A stretch of DNA of 64,000 bases from Pseudomonadales bacterium (lineage in GTDB: Bacteria > Pseudomonadota > Gammaproteobacteria > Pseudomonadales > GM7GCV1): positions 114,453 through 178,452 of the forward strand of contig OZ244871.1 of the NCBI GenBank assembly GCA_965221105.1, in the 5' to 3' direction. Positions 55,239 to 64,000 of this stretch are shown in pieces. Position 1 is the first letter of the stretch, and the number at the start of each line of letters is the position of its first letter. The position numbers were made by a program, and so were the translations under genes. Under the pieces are notes generated by a model, which ran no database searches, was not told where the DNA came from, and worked only from the letters and a program-made list of their open reading frames with translations.

Positions 55239-56156
55239 CTACAACAGGATCAGATAGATCAGCCATGCGTACAGTGCATACTGAATCAGATAGTACAGCG
55301 GCTTGTTTCGGCGTTTTACCCATTTGCCAAGCGTGCGAAACTGGTAGAAGAGCCAGAACATCCGATTGATGGCCCCAACCTTGTCACCCTCTCTGTTTTT
55401 GGTGGCAGTAGCAGCCATAACCAGACGTGAAAACAGTACGTCGAACCAATCGACCAGAAAAAAATTCACCGGTCGTTTCACATCCAGGAACAACACAATA
55501 CGGTTCTTGTCCGTCGCATTTTCGGCATAGTGGATGTACGTCTCATCAAACATCACCGCCTCACCATCACGCCATGAGTAGGCTGTACCGTCAACATTGA
55601 TGTAGCATTGATCAGAGTTTGGTGTCACCAGACCCAGATGATATCGAAGTGAGCCTGCATAGGGATCGCTGTGCGTTGCCAGCCGCGCCCCCGGAGGCAG
55701 CATGGCAAACATACCCCCTCGCACGGTTGGGATCGAATCGAGCAACTCAACCGTTCTCGGGCACAGTGATTTGGCAGAGTCGAGAGAGGAACCGTACCAC
55801 TTGAGATAGAACCTCTTCCACCCGGTTTTGAAGAACGAATTAAACCCCAGGTCATCCAGATGCTCGGATGCTTTTATGTCCCGTCCCCGATTCAAGCTCA
55901 GCGCCTCATCCCTGATGATTTCCCAGTTGTCGGAGAGCACCTTGAATTCGGGAAATTCGGCGAGGTCTATATACGCTGTGTTCCGTACTCTGGAAAACAG
56001 ATAGAACAGGCAGTTGACCGGTGCGAAAATACTGGCATGGCCGCTGATTCGGCGGCTCAGTTTCTCATACTTGACCTGCCCCCGATTCTGCACATAAATC
56101 GCGCAGCAGACCCAGATTCCCAGAATCCAGAACCCCATCCAGAAAAACCCCTCCAC
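55239..56156 (-). CDS. lpxO: Lipid A hydroxylase LpxO (Asp/Asn beta-hydroxylase family)
   Basis: DLGFNSFFKTGWKRFYLKWY, HSDPYAGSLRYHLGL, FDETYIH. Confidence 0.9.
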   Translation of the reverse strand: MEGFFWMGFWILGIWVCCAIYVQNRGQVKYEKLSRRISGHASIFAPVNCLFYLFSRVRNTAYIDLAEFPEFKVLSDNWEIIRDEALSLNRGRDIKASEHLDDLGFNSFFKTGWKRFYLKWYGSSLDSAKSLCPRTVELLDSIPTVRGGMFAMLPPGARLATHSDPYAGSLRYHLGLVTPNSDQCYINVDGTAYSWRDGEAVMFDETYIHYAENATDKNRIVLFLDVKRPVNFFLVDWFDVLFSRLVMAATATKNREGDKVGAINRMFWLFYQFRTLGKWVKRRNKPLYYLIQYALYAWLIYLILL

Positions 56157-56210
56157 ACCTGGGATTGGAAGACCCGCAATTATACGTGGGCGGCCTCAGT
56201 TTCCAACTGC

Positions 56211-56250
56211 CAAAAAAAGCCCTCGCCACTCGGGGAGTAGGCGAAAAAAC
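56211..56250 (-). terminator. Possible terminator after pnp
   Basis: TCGCC/ACTC imperfect stem flanked by A-runs on the plus strand. Confidence 0.4.
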
Positions 56251-56310
56251 CTGCCCAGCGAGCTGTATCTGATTTTCGACAGGTACCACCGGCGTCCTTG
56301 AGGATGAGGC

Positions 56311-58524
56311 TCAGGCCAATCTCTCGCCGTCAGCCGGTTTGGCGGACTCTTCAGTCGGGACACTTTCGGCTTCAGTGGCCGCAGACGCTGTGACCGACTT
56401 GGCACCCTCGGCAGCAGAGGCCTCGGCCTCCTCGCGGGCCAGTTCCCTGATGGATAGCTTGATTCGACCACGCTGATCAACATCCAGGCATTTCACCCGG
56501 ATTACCTGACCTTCAGAGAGATAGTCGGTCACTTTCTCAACGCGTTTTTCGGCAATCTGGCTAATGTGCAACAGTCCTTCCGTACCAGGCATAATCTCAA
56601 CAAAAGCGCCAAAATCGACAATACGTGTAATTTTGCCCTCGTACACCTCACCCGCTTCCGGGTCTGCACAGATCATCTCAATGCGGTAGAGAGCATCTCG
56701 CAGTGATTCTCTCTCAGTTGCATAGATTTTGACTGTGCCATCATCCTCGATATCGATGGTTGCACCGGTTTCCTCAGTCAGGGAGCGAATGGTTGCGCCC
56801 CCCTTGCCGATCACGTCGCGAATCTTGTCCTGATCAATCCTGATCACTTCCATGCGCGGTGCATTCTCGGACACTTCTTCACGACCTGCAGAAAGTACCT
56901 TGTTCATTTCCCCCAGGATATGCAGTCGAGCAGCCTGCGCCTGCTCGAGAGCGATCTCCATGATTTCCTGGGTAATGCCCTCGATTTTGATATCCATCTG
57001 CAGAGCAGTCACGCCGGCGGCACTCCCGGCAACTTTAAAGTCCATGTCACCCAGATGATCTTCGTCACCAAGAATATCAGTGAGTACGGCAAATCCTTCA
57101 TCCTCTTTCACGAGACCCATGGCAATGCCGGCAACGGGTGCCTTCAGCGGCACTCCGGCATCCATGAGCGCCAGGCTGGTTCCGCAGACCGAAGCCATCG
57201 AACTCGATCCATTGGATTCGGTAATTTCAGATACAACCCGCAGTGCATAGGGGAAGTCATCCTGGCTGGGCAACATGGCCGCGATACCGCGACGCGCCAG
57301 CCGACCATGGCCAATCTCGCGACGACCCGGTGTACCCATACGGCCACATTCACCAACCGAGTAGGGCGGAAAATTGTAGTGGAGCATGAAGTGATCCTTG
57401 CGTTCACCCTCAAGCGCATCAATGATCTGGGCGTCCCTCTGGGCGCCGAGAGTTGCAGCAACAATTGCCTGGGTCTCGCCGCGGGTAAAGAGAGCGGAGC
57501 CGTGGGCCTTGGGCAGCACACCGACTTCCACAGCAATGGGGCGGACGGTCTGATTGTCCCGACCATCGATACGCGGCTCACCGGCAATAACCCGGCTGCG
57601 TACAATTTTCTTTTCCAGTTTCCTGAAGAGATCGGTAACATCGCCTTCACCCGGCCCTTCTTCGCCCTCAGTTGCCAGTGCGGCCACTGCAGACTCTCTG
57701 GCAACTGATACGGCCGCGACGCGTTCCTGCTTGTCGGTAATCTGATAGGCAGATCTGATTGCTTCGTCGGCCTGGGCGGCCACTGCAGCTTCAAGCTCTG
57801 CATCGACATCTTCAGGTTGCCAGTCCCAGCGCGGTTTCGCAGCATCCGCAGCAAGTTCAGCAACTGCCTGAATCACCGCCTGCATTTCCTGATGACCGTA
57901 CAGCACAGCGCCCAACATAATGTCTTCGGGCAGTTCGTCGGCTTCGGACTCAACCATGAGTACGGCTTCCCGAGTGCCTGCGACAACCATGTTGAGATCG
58001 GAGCTTTCAAGCTCCGAATAACCGGGATTCAGCAAATAACCGCTTTCCCGATTGAAGCCAATTCGGGCTCCACCGACCGGACCGTTAAACGGAATGCCTG
58101 ATATCGCCAGGGCCGCTGAAGCGCCGATCATGGCGCAGATATCCGGGTCGACATCCTTCTCTGACGACATCACTGTCAGAACAACCTGCACCTCATTCCT
58201 GAAGCCGTCAGGAAACAGGGGGCGAATCGGCCGATCAATCAGCCGTGATGTCAGGGTTTCCTTTTCCGAAGGGCGACCCTCGCGCCTGAAGAAGCCACCG
58301 GGGATCTTCCCGGCTGCATAGGTCTTTTCCTGGTACAGAACCATCAGCGGAAAGAAGTCCATGCCCGGTTTTTCCCGTTTGGCACCAACCACAGTTGCAA
58401 GCACTGAAGTCTTGCCCATGGTCACCATGACAGCACCCGTTGCCTGGCGTGCAATACGCCCCGTTTCGAGCCGCACAGTCTGCCCGCCATATTCAAATTG
58501 CTTGATAATTGGATTCACTTTCAT
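56311..58524 (-). CDS. pnp: Polynucleotide phosphorylase
   Basis: [36 protein letters not shown] and S1 domains. Confidence 0.99.
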   Translation of the reverse strand: MKVNPIIKQFEYGGQTVRLETGRIARQATGAVMVTMGKTSVLATVVGAKREKPGMDFFPLMVLYQEKTYAAGKIPGGFFRREGRPSEKETLTSRLIDRPIRPLFPDGFRNEVQVVLTVMSSEKDVDPDICAMIGASAALAISGIPFNGPVGGARIGFNRESGYLLNPGYSELESSDLNMVVAGTREAVLMVESEADELPEDIMLGAVLYGHQEMQAVIQAVAELAADAAKPRWDWQPEDVDAELEAAVAAQADEAIRSAYQITDKQERVAAVSVARESAVAALATEGEEGPGEGDVTDLFRKLEKKIVRSRVIAGEPRIDGRDNQTVRPIAVEVGVLPKAHGSALFTRGETQAIVAATLGAQRDAQIIDALEGERKDHFMLHYNFPPYSVGECGRMGTPGRREIGHGRLARRGIAAMLPSQDDFPYALRVVSEITESNGSSSMASVCGTSLALMDAGVPLKAPVAGIAMGLVKEDEGFAVLTDILGDEDHLGDMDFKVAGSAAGVTALQMDIKIEGITQEIMEIALEQAQAARLHILGEMNKVLSAGREEVSENAPRMEVIRIDQDKIRDVIGKGGATIRSLTEETGATIDIEDDGTVKIYATERESLRDALYRIEMICADPEAGEVYEGKITRIVDFGAFVEIMPGTEGLLHISQIAEKRVEKVTDYLSEGQVIRVKCLDVDQRGRIKLSIRELAREEAEASAAEGAKSVTASAATEAESVPTEESAKPADGERLA

Positions 58525-58593
58525 TGTTCCTGTTGCCTGATATGGCCCGGTCAGCCTTCATCCCGAGAGCGGGCCTCTGCCGTATCCTTTCGT

Positions 58594-58863
58594 TTAGCGG
58601 CGCAGTCCCAGCTTCTTGATCAACTCACCGTATCCCACGAGATTCTTGCTTCTGATATATGCCAGCAACTTGCGACGCTGGTTCACCATGCGAATCAGTC
58701 CACGGCGCGAGTGGTGATCTTTGCTGTGCTCGCCGAAATGCGATTGAAGCTTGTTGATATTTGCTGTCAGCAGAGCTATCTGTACTTCCGTCGATCCGGT
58801 GTTTGCTTCGCTTCCACCAAACTCTTTGATAATTTCCGCTTTTTCAACTGCACTGAGTGCCAT
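58594..58863 (-). CDS. rpsO: 30S ribosomal protein S15
   Basis: [27 protein letters not shown]. Confidence 0.98.
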   Translation of the reverse strand: MALSAVEKAEIIKEFGGSEANTGSTEVQIALLTANINKLQSHFGEHSKDHHSRRGLIRMVNQRRKLLAYIRSKNLVGYGELIKKLGLRR

Positions 58864-58971
58864 CGGACATCTCCTGTGAATATGCCATGTCAATCGAGCA
58901 GCCCACGCATATTTACAGACTACTTTCCGAATCGGAAACGCTGTCTCCAGAAGAGCCATGACGCCTCCACC

Positions 58972-59925
58972 TTAATCGAACGCCAGTACCCTTTTTGGTT
59001 GAATGCGCCGATCCTCGGTTACTTTCCCAACACCGAGAAACTGCCCGGATGCCGAAAAGACGCGCACTATATAGATTTCTTCGGCAAAACGATAGTCCTG
59101 CACCGATGAGGGCTGCCCCTGCACAAAGCCCTGCTCCTCACCGGCTGGGATCTGAAGAGCCGGCATGTGGCCAATCAGTGCATCCACCGGCAGCAGAAAT
59201 CTGTCCAGACCCGCAGGAGATTCCTGGTCGTACAGTGCTTCAAGCTCTTCCAGCGCAACCGCCTGATCCTCGGTGAAACTGCCCGCGGCTGTCCGGTGCA
59301 GGGCTACCAGATGCGCACCGACTCCCAGATCAGTACCTATATCTTCGGCCAGTCTCCGTATGTAGGCACCTTTGGAGCAGGCCACGCGAATGTCGAATTC
59401 CACCTGCTGCGCTTTCGGCCCCTTACCCTCTTCAAAAGCGGTCATTTCAAGTTCATTGATGGTCAGGCTGCGTGGCTGCCGTTCAACTTCCACACCTCTG
59501 CGCGCCAGTTTATACAGGGGGGTGCCCTTGCGTTTCAAAGCGGAGTACATGGAAGGAATCTGTCTGATGTGGCCGCGAAATTTCGCCAGCGATTGCCTGA
59601 CATCATCTGGACTGATCCGGCTGGCATTGACGAACCGGACAATTTCGCCTTCCGCGTCGCCGGTGCGGGTACTGATGCCGAGCCGAACCCTCGCGGTATA
59701 GGCCTTATCGGCATCCAGCCCCCACTGAGTAAACTTGGTCGATTCTCCAAAACAGATAGGCAATACACCAGTCGCCATCGGATCCAGGCTCCCCGTATGA
59801 CCAGCCTTTCGGGCATCAAACAGCCTTCGAGCGCGCTGAAGAGCGGCGTTGGAACTGATCCCTTTGGGCTTGTTCAATACAAGCACAGCGTTGAGCGCCC
59901 GACCTGATGTACGTCTCCTGCCCAT
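58972..59925 (-). CDS. truB: tRNA pseudouridine(55) synthase
   Basis: KAGHTGSLDPMATGVLP, PSMYSALK, CSKGAYIR. Confidence 0.96.
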   Translation of the reverse strand: MGRRRTSGRALNAVLVLNKPKGISSNAALQRARRLFDARKAGHTGSLDPMATGVLPICFGESTKFTQWGLDADKAYTARVRLGISTRTGDAEGEIVRFVNASRISPDDVRQSLAKFRGHIRQIPSMYSALKRKGTPLYKLARRGVEVERQPRSLTINELEMTAFEEGKGPKAQQVEFDIRVACSKGAYIRRLAEDIGTDLGVGAHLVALHRTAAGSFTEDQAVALEELEALYDQESPAGLDRFLLPVDALIGHMPALQIPAGEEQGFVQGQPSSVQDYRFAEEIYIVRVFSASGQFLGVGKVTEDRRIQPKRVLAFD

Positions 59926-59937
59926 CTGACTGTCAGG

Positions 59938-60315
59938 TCAATCGTGGTGTTTCGCAGAATCGGACTCCATGGCCCGATCAATAAGATCTGAAATCTCCAG
60001 TGCACGGAAGACTGTTTCATCGAAGATGAAGTTGAGCTGCGGAACCACACGCATCTGAATATGCTGCCCGACCTCTTTACGCAGAAATCCTGCAGCCCGA
60101 TTGAGAACCCCGACACGCTCCTCAACACCTGTGTTTTTGGGATTATCGACAAAGGTCACGAATACCTTGGCATGGGCAAGATTTCTGGAGACCACAACTG
60201 CATTGACGTTTACCATGCCAATGCGCGGATCGCGCAACTGGTCACCGATGATCAGCGCCAGTGCTTTCTGGATGGCATCCGCTACCCGGTCAGATCGACT
60301 GAAGTCTCGCGGCAC
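59938..60315 (-). CDS. rbfA: Ribosome-binding factor A
   Basis: FSRSDRVAD, RDPRIG, AAGFLR, VPQLNF.FD; probable GTG start. Confidence 0.95.
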   Translation of the reverse strand: MPRDFSRSDRVADAIQKALALIIGDQLRDPRIGMVNVNAVVVSRNLAHAKVFVTFVDNPKNTGVEERVGVLNRAAGFLRKEVGQHIQMRVVPQLNFIFDETVFRALEISDLIDRAMESDSAKHHD

Positions 60316-60375
60316 CGTTTGCAGTCTGTTCCGGTTCCCCCGCACCCGTCCTGAATTCAATTGCCAGGACAGGAG

Positions 60376-62961
60376 CTAGAGGCTTCGCTCGGTGCGCACG
60401 ATGTCAAACACCTCGATCTGATCACCAGCCTGGACATCGGTGTAATCCTTGACGCCTATGCCGCACTCCATGTTGTTGCGTACTTCATTGACATCGTCCT
60501 TGAAGCGACGCAGTGATTCCAGTTCACCCTCGTATATAACGACATTTTCACGCACAACGCGAATGGGTTTGCTGCGAAAAACGGTACCCTCGACAACCAT
60601 ACAGCCGGCAATGGCTCCAAACTTGGGCGAACGGAATACATCCCGCACCTCGGCAATACCGACAATTTCTTCTCTCTCTTCCGGATCGAGCACGCCGGAG
60701 AGTGCCTGCTTCACCTCATCGATCAGCTGATAAATAATGCTGTAGTAGCGAACCTCTATATTTTCGGCTTCAGCGAGGCGGCGTGCGCCTGCGTCTGCAC
60801 GCACATTGAATCCCAGCACAATGGAGTCAGTGGTCAATGCCAGGTTTATGTCCGATTCATTGATACCCCCAACACCAGCAGAGACGATGTCAACACCGAC
60901 CTCGTCATTACCCAAATCCAGAAGAGCGGACTGAATTGCTTCTGCAGAGCCACGCACATCCGATTTCAGCACGACAGAAAGGACTTTCTTTTCCGGACTG
61001 CTCCCCATGCTGGTAAAGATGTTTTCCAGATTGACTTTTTGCTGACGCTCCTGGCGCTTCTGGCGTTCAGAATCACGGCGAAAATCAGCAACCTCCCGCG
61101 CACGGCGCTCATCTGGCACAACCAGGAATTCATCACCTGCATCAGGCGCGGAATCCAGTCCAAGAATCTCCACTGGGACCGAGGGGCCGGCTTCCTGAAC
61201 CTGATTGCCATATTCGTCCATCATGGCCCGCACCCGACCAAAAGAATCACCGGCCAGCAGGATATCGCCCTGCTTCAGGGTGCCGCGCTGGACCAGTGTT
61301 GTGCAGACAGCTCCGCGTCCCTTTTCCATTCTGGACTCCACAACAACGCCGGTCGCCGGACCGTCCAGTGGAGCCTTGAGCTCCAGCAACTCGGCTTGCA
61401 GGGAAATTGAATCAAGCAAGGCTCCGATACCCTCTCCTGTCTGGGCAGATACCGGGACAAACTGAACCTCACCGCCCCAGTCTTCAGGAATCACGTCGAG
61501 CTGACTCAATTCGTTTTTCACCCGCTCGGGGTCAGCGCCTTCCGTATCGATTTTGTTGACGGCCACAATGATTGGCACGGAGGCGGCTTTGGCGTGTTGA
61601 ACCGCTTCCTCTGTCTGCGGCATGACGCCGTCGTCAGCAGCAACTACCAGGATAACAATATCTGTGCAGTTGGCTCCACGCGCACGCATCGCGGTAAATG
61701 CAGCGTGTCCTGGAGTGTCCAGAAAGGCAATTTTGCCGTGATCAGTGACAACGCTGTATGTCCCTATGTGTTGCGTAATCCCTCCCGCCTCGCCAGACAC
61801 AACCTGGCTTTTGCGGATATAGTCGAGCAGAGATGTCTTGCCGTGATCGACGTGACCCATCACTGTGACAATAGGTGCTCGGGGGGTTTCTTCACCGTAG
61901 GATTCGGACTTGACCGCTTCTACCAGTTCATCTTCTACATCTTGACCCGACAGCAGGACGGGCGTATGGCCCATTTCTTCAACCAGGATTGACGCCGTTT
62001 CCTGATCGACGGATTCGTTGACGGTCACCGCCTCACCCATTTTCATGAGCTGTTTGACGAGTTCACCACTCTTGACAGCCATCTTCTGTGCCAGTTCGCC
62101 GATCACAATGGATTCGGGCAGCTCAACCCTGTATACCTGGGTGACAGTTGGCTTGTTAAAGGTATGTTTGTTTTTGGCACGTATTTTTGCTACTTCTTCC
62201 GCGCGTTCCCGCGCCCGCTCTTCGGCTTCAAATTCCTCTTCTTCGTGCAGGGCAAAATCCTGGGGACGATGCGAGTGCTTGCGCCAATCCTTGCTGTCGT
62301 GATCGGATTGCACCTTGGCCCGGCCGCTGCCACGCTTTTTTTTGGCAGGCAGTTCTTTTTCCGCCTCACCAGCCTTCTTGACAACCTTGGCACCTGGTCT
62401 GACAGATTCTGCAGGAACAGGCTGTTCACCCAACCCGCGTCTATTGGCTTCTCCCTGTGTGCGGCTTGCTGCAGCCTTGGCATTGGCTTCGGCCTCAATC
62501 CGATTCCTTTCCGCCTCTTCCGCTTTGCGTCGTGCCTGGTGCGCGGCAAGGCGACGCTGCTCGGCATCATCAATAGCCCTGCTTGCGCTTTCCGATTGTG
62601 CTGCCTCATTTCTGAGCCGCTGTGCTTCCTGCTCGGCCTCCGCCTGAACCCTGATCTCCTGATCCGTACGCTTGACGTACGTTCTCTTTTTTCGGACCTC
62701 AACATTTACTGTTTTTTTGCCGGTCGAGGCACCGGTCCTGAGCGTCTCGACCTTTTTGCGCTTCAGGGTGATCTTTCGTGGCTCGCGTGAACTGGCACCA
62801 TGCAGGGTCTTCAGGTAGCTGAGCAGCACCTGTTTCTCGTCGTCGGATACAATTTCGTCGGCGGACTGATGATTGAGTCCTGCCTCATTCATTTGCGTCA
62901 GCAGGCGTTCTTCGGAAGCGCCCACGCTCTTGGCTAATTCACTGACTTTTACTTCTGCCAT
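60376..62961 (-). CDS. infB: Translation initiation factor IF-2
   Basis: [38 protein letters not shown]. Confidence 0.99.
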   Translation of the reverse strand: MAEVKVSELAKSVGASEERLLTQMNEAGLNHQSADEIVSDDEKQVLLSYLKTLHGASSREPRKITLKRKKVETLRTGASTGKKTVNVEVRKKRTYVKRTDQEIRVQAEAEQEAQRLRNEAAQSESASRAIDDAEQRRLAAHQARRKAEEAERNRIEAEANAKAAASRTQGEANRRGLGEQPVPAESVRPGAKVVKKAGEAEKELPAKKKRGSGRAKVQSDHDSKDWRKHSHRPQDFALHEEEEFEAEERARERAEEVAKIRAKNKHTFNKPTVTQVYRVELPESIVIGELAQKMAVKSGELVKQLMKMGEAVTVNESVDQETASILVEEMGHTPVLLSGQDVEDELVEAVKSESYGEETPRAPIVTVMGHVDHGKTSLLDYIRKSQVVSGEAGGITQHIGTYSVVTDHGKIAFLDTPGHAAFTAMRARGANCTDIVILVVAADDGVMPQTEEAVQHAKAASVPIIVAVNKIDTEGADPERVKNELSQLDVIPEDWGGEVQFVPVSAQTGEGIGALLDSISLQAELLELKAPLDGPATGVVVESRMEKGRGAVCTTLVQRGTLKQGDILLAGDSFGRVRAMMDEYGNQVQEAGPSVPVEILGLDSAPDAGDEFLVVPDERRAREVADFRRDSERQKRQERQQKVNLENIFTSMGSSPEKKVLSVVLKSDVRGSAEAIQSALLDLGNDEVGVDIVSAGVGGINESDINLALTTDSIVLGFNVRADAGARRLAEAENIEVRYYSIIYQLIDEVKQALSGVLDPEEREEIVGIAEVRDVFRSPKFGAIAGCMVVEGTVFRSKPIRVVRENVVIYEGELESLRRFKDDVNEVRNNMECGIGVKDYTDVQAGDQIEVFDIVRTERSL

Positions 62962-63039
62962 GGGTTCCTCCGAATCATCGGAGCCTCTCGTTGGTGGCTG
63001 TATAAGGGGTCCGCCCGTCTCATTCGATTTCTGACCCGA

Positions 63040-64000
63040 TTACTCGGCCTCTGCTTCGTCAAACCAGGGTGCACGGGCGGTCAAAATAAGCTGGCCCGCA
63101 CGCTCTTCGTCCATACCCTGGATATCGAGCAGATCATCGATGGCTTGTTCAGCCAGGTCTTCCATTGAGCAAATGCCGTTGGCAGCGAGCGCCTTAGCGG
63201 TCATTTCATCCATCCCGGCCATACTGAGCAAATCTTCCCTGGGTTCACCCGCTTCGAGTTTCTCTTCCGATGCCAGCGCCAGGGTCAGCAGAGCGTCTTT
63301 CGCACGTGAGCGCAGCTCTTCCGCGGTCTCCTCGTCAAAGCTTTCTATGCCCAGCATTTCCTCTAGAGGGACGTAGGCAACCTCCTCAAGACTTGAGAAG
63401 CCCTCCTCTACCAACACAGTGGCGACATCTTCATCAACATCGAGCTTGTCCATAAAGTCCTGCAGATACTGCCCGGCTTCTTCCATCTGCTTGGATTCAG
63501 CCTCTTCTTCGCTCATGACGTTGATGTTCCAGCCAGTCAATTCTGATGCCAGGCGCACGTTCTGTCCAGCCCGGCCAATCGCCTGCGCCAGATTGGTCTG
63601 TTTGACTGCAACATCCATGGTGTGTGAATCCTCATCAACCACAATGGATTCGACTTCAGCGGGAGCCAGCGCGTTGATCACCAGATGCGCGGGATTATCA
63701 TCCCACTGGATAATGTCCACGCGTTCTCCATCCAGCTCATTGGATACAGCCTGAACCCGTGCACCGCGCATACCGACACAGGCGCCCACCGGATCCATGC
63801 GACGATCATTGGTCTTGACCGCAATTTTTGCCCGGGAGCCGGGATCCCGTGCGGCTGAGCGAATTTCGATAACCTGCTCGGCAATCTCGGGCACTTCAAG
63901 CTCAAAGAGTTTGGTGAGCATGCCCGCGCTGGCTCGGCTCAGCATAAGCTGCGGCCCCCGGCCTTCGCGGTCAATAGAGTCCAGAACGGCTCGAATGCGA
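63040..64000 (-). CDS. nusA: Transcription factor NusA (N-terminus beyond window)
   Basis: [36 protein letters not shown]; C-terminal acidic repeats. Confidence 0.98.
   Translation of the reverse strand, partial: RIRAVLDSIDREGRGPQLMLSRASAGMLTKLFELEVPEIAEQVIEIRSAARDPGSRAKIAVKTNDRRMDPVGACVGMRGARVQAVSNELDGERVDIIQWDDNPAHLVINALAPAEVESIVVDEDSHTMDVAVKQTNLAQAIGRAGQNVRLASELTGWNINVMSEEEAESKQMEEAGQYLQDFMDKLDVDEDVATVLVEEGFSSLEEVAYVPLEEMLGIESFDEETAEELRSRAKDALLTLALASEEKLEAGEPREDLLSMAGMDEMTAKALAANGICSMEDLAEQAIDDLLDIQGMDEERAGQLILTARAPWFDEAEAE

Noticed and set aside
1-64000. CRISPR arrays, tRNA/rRNA genes, integrase/prophage or reverse transcriptase systems
   Set aside because: No regularly spaced repeats, RNA-gene signatures or such ORFs were seen; the tandem repeats found are coding microsatellites

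Overview
A Gammaproteobacterial chromosome segment with Pseudomonadales/Cellvibrionales-like gene order, made up mostly of housekeeping blocks. These are dnaQ'-rnhA-methyltransferase-gloB; gyrA-pheA-tyrA-aroA-cmk-rpsA-ihfB-lapA-lapB-pyrF; argG; pyrC-rnt-maeB-uvrA; fabA-fabB; ssb-MFS; the full S10/spc/alpha ribosomal superoperon; dinG; cmoB; mlaA-rssB-rssC; lpxO; and 'nusA-infB-rbfA-truB-rpsO-pnp. The interesting material is in the small gaps between these blocks. (1) A 927-bp transposase-free cassette (17832-18758) has 22-bp terminal inverted repeats and a perfect 8-bp target duplication. It carries one gene for a secreted, Cys-rich, FN3-like protein that is currently out of frame at a C13 tract. 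(2) A second, decayed cassette (2897->2635) has a similar end and the same end/-10/RBS/ATG/poly-C layout. Its cargo reconstructs to a lasso-peptide-like precursor, and it lies within a shattered mltD-like gene beside an IS66 end. (3) An Rpn PD-(D/E)XK gene has an internal RBS+ATG (RpnS-type antitoxin), is bracketed by IS-end-like inverted repeats and lies next to transposase relics. (4) Two exported acidic Met-rich low-complexity proteins, a GATase-HIT fusion and a structured rpsJ-rplC spacer are also present. The IS scars and gene decay suggest a host-associated lifestyle (inference). Family assignments come from motif recognition only; no searches were run.
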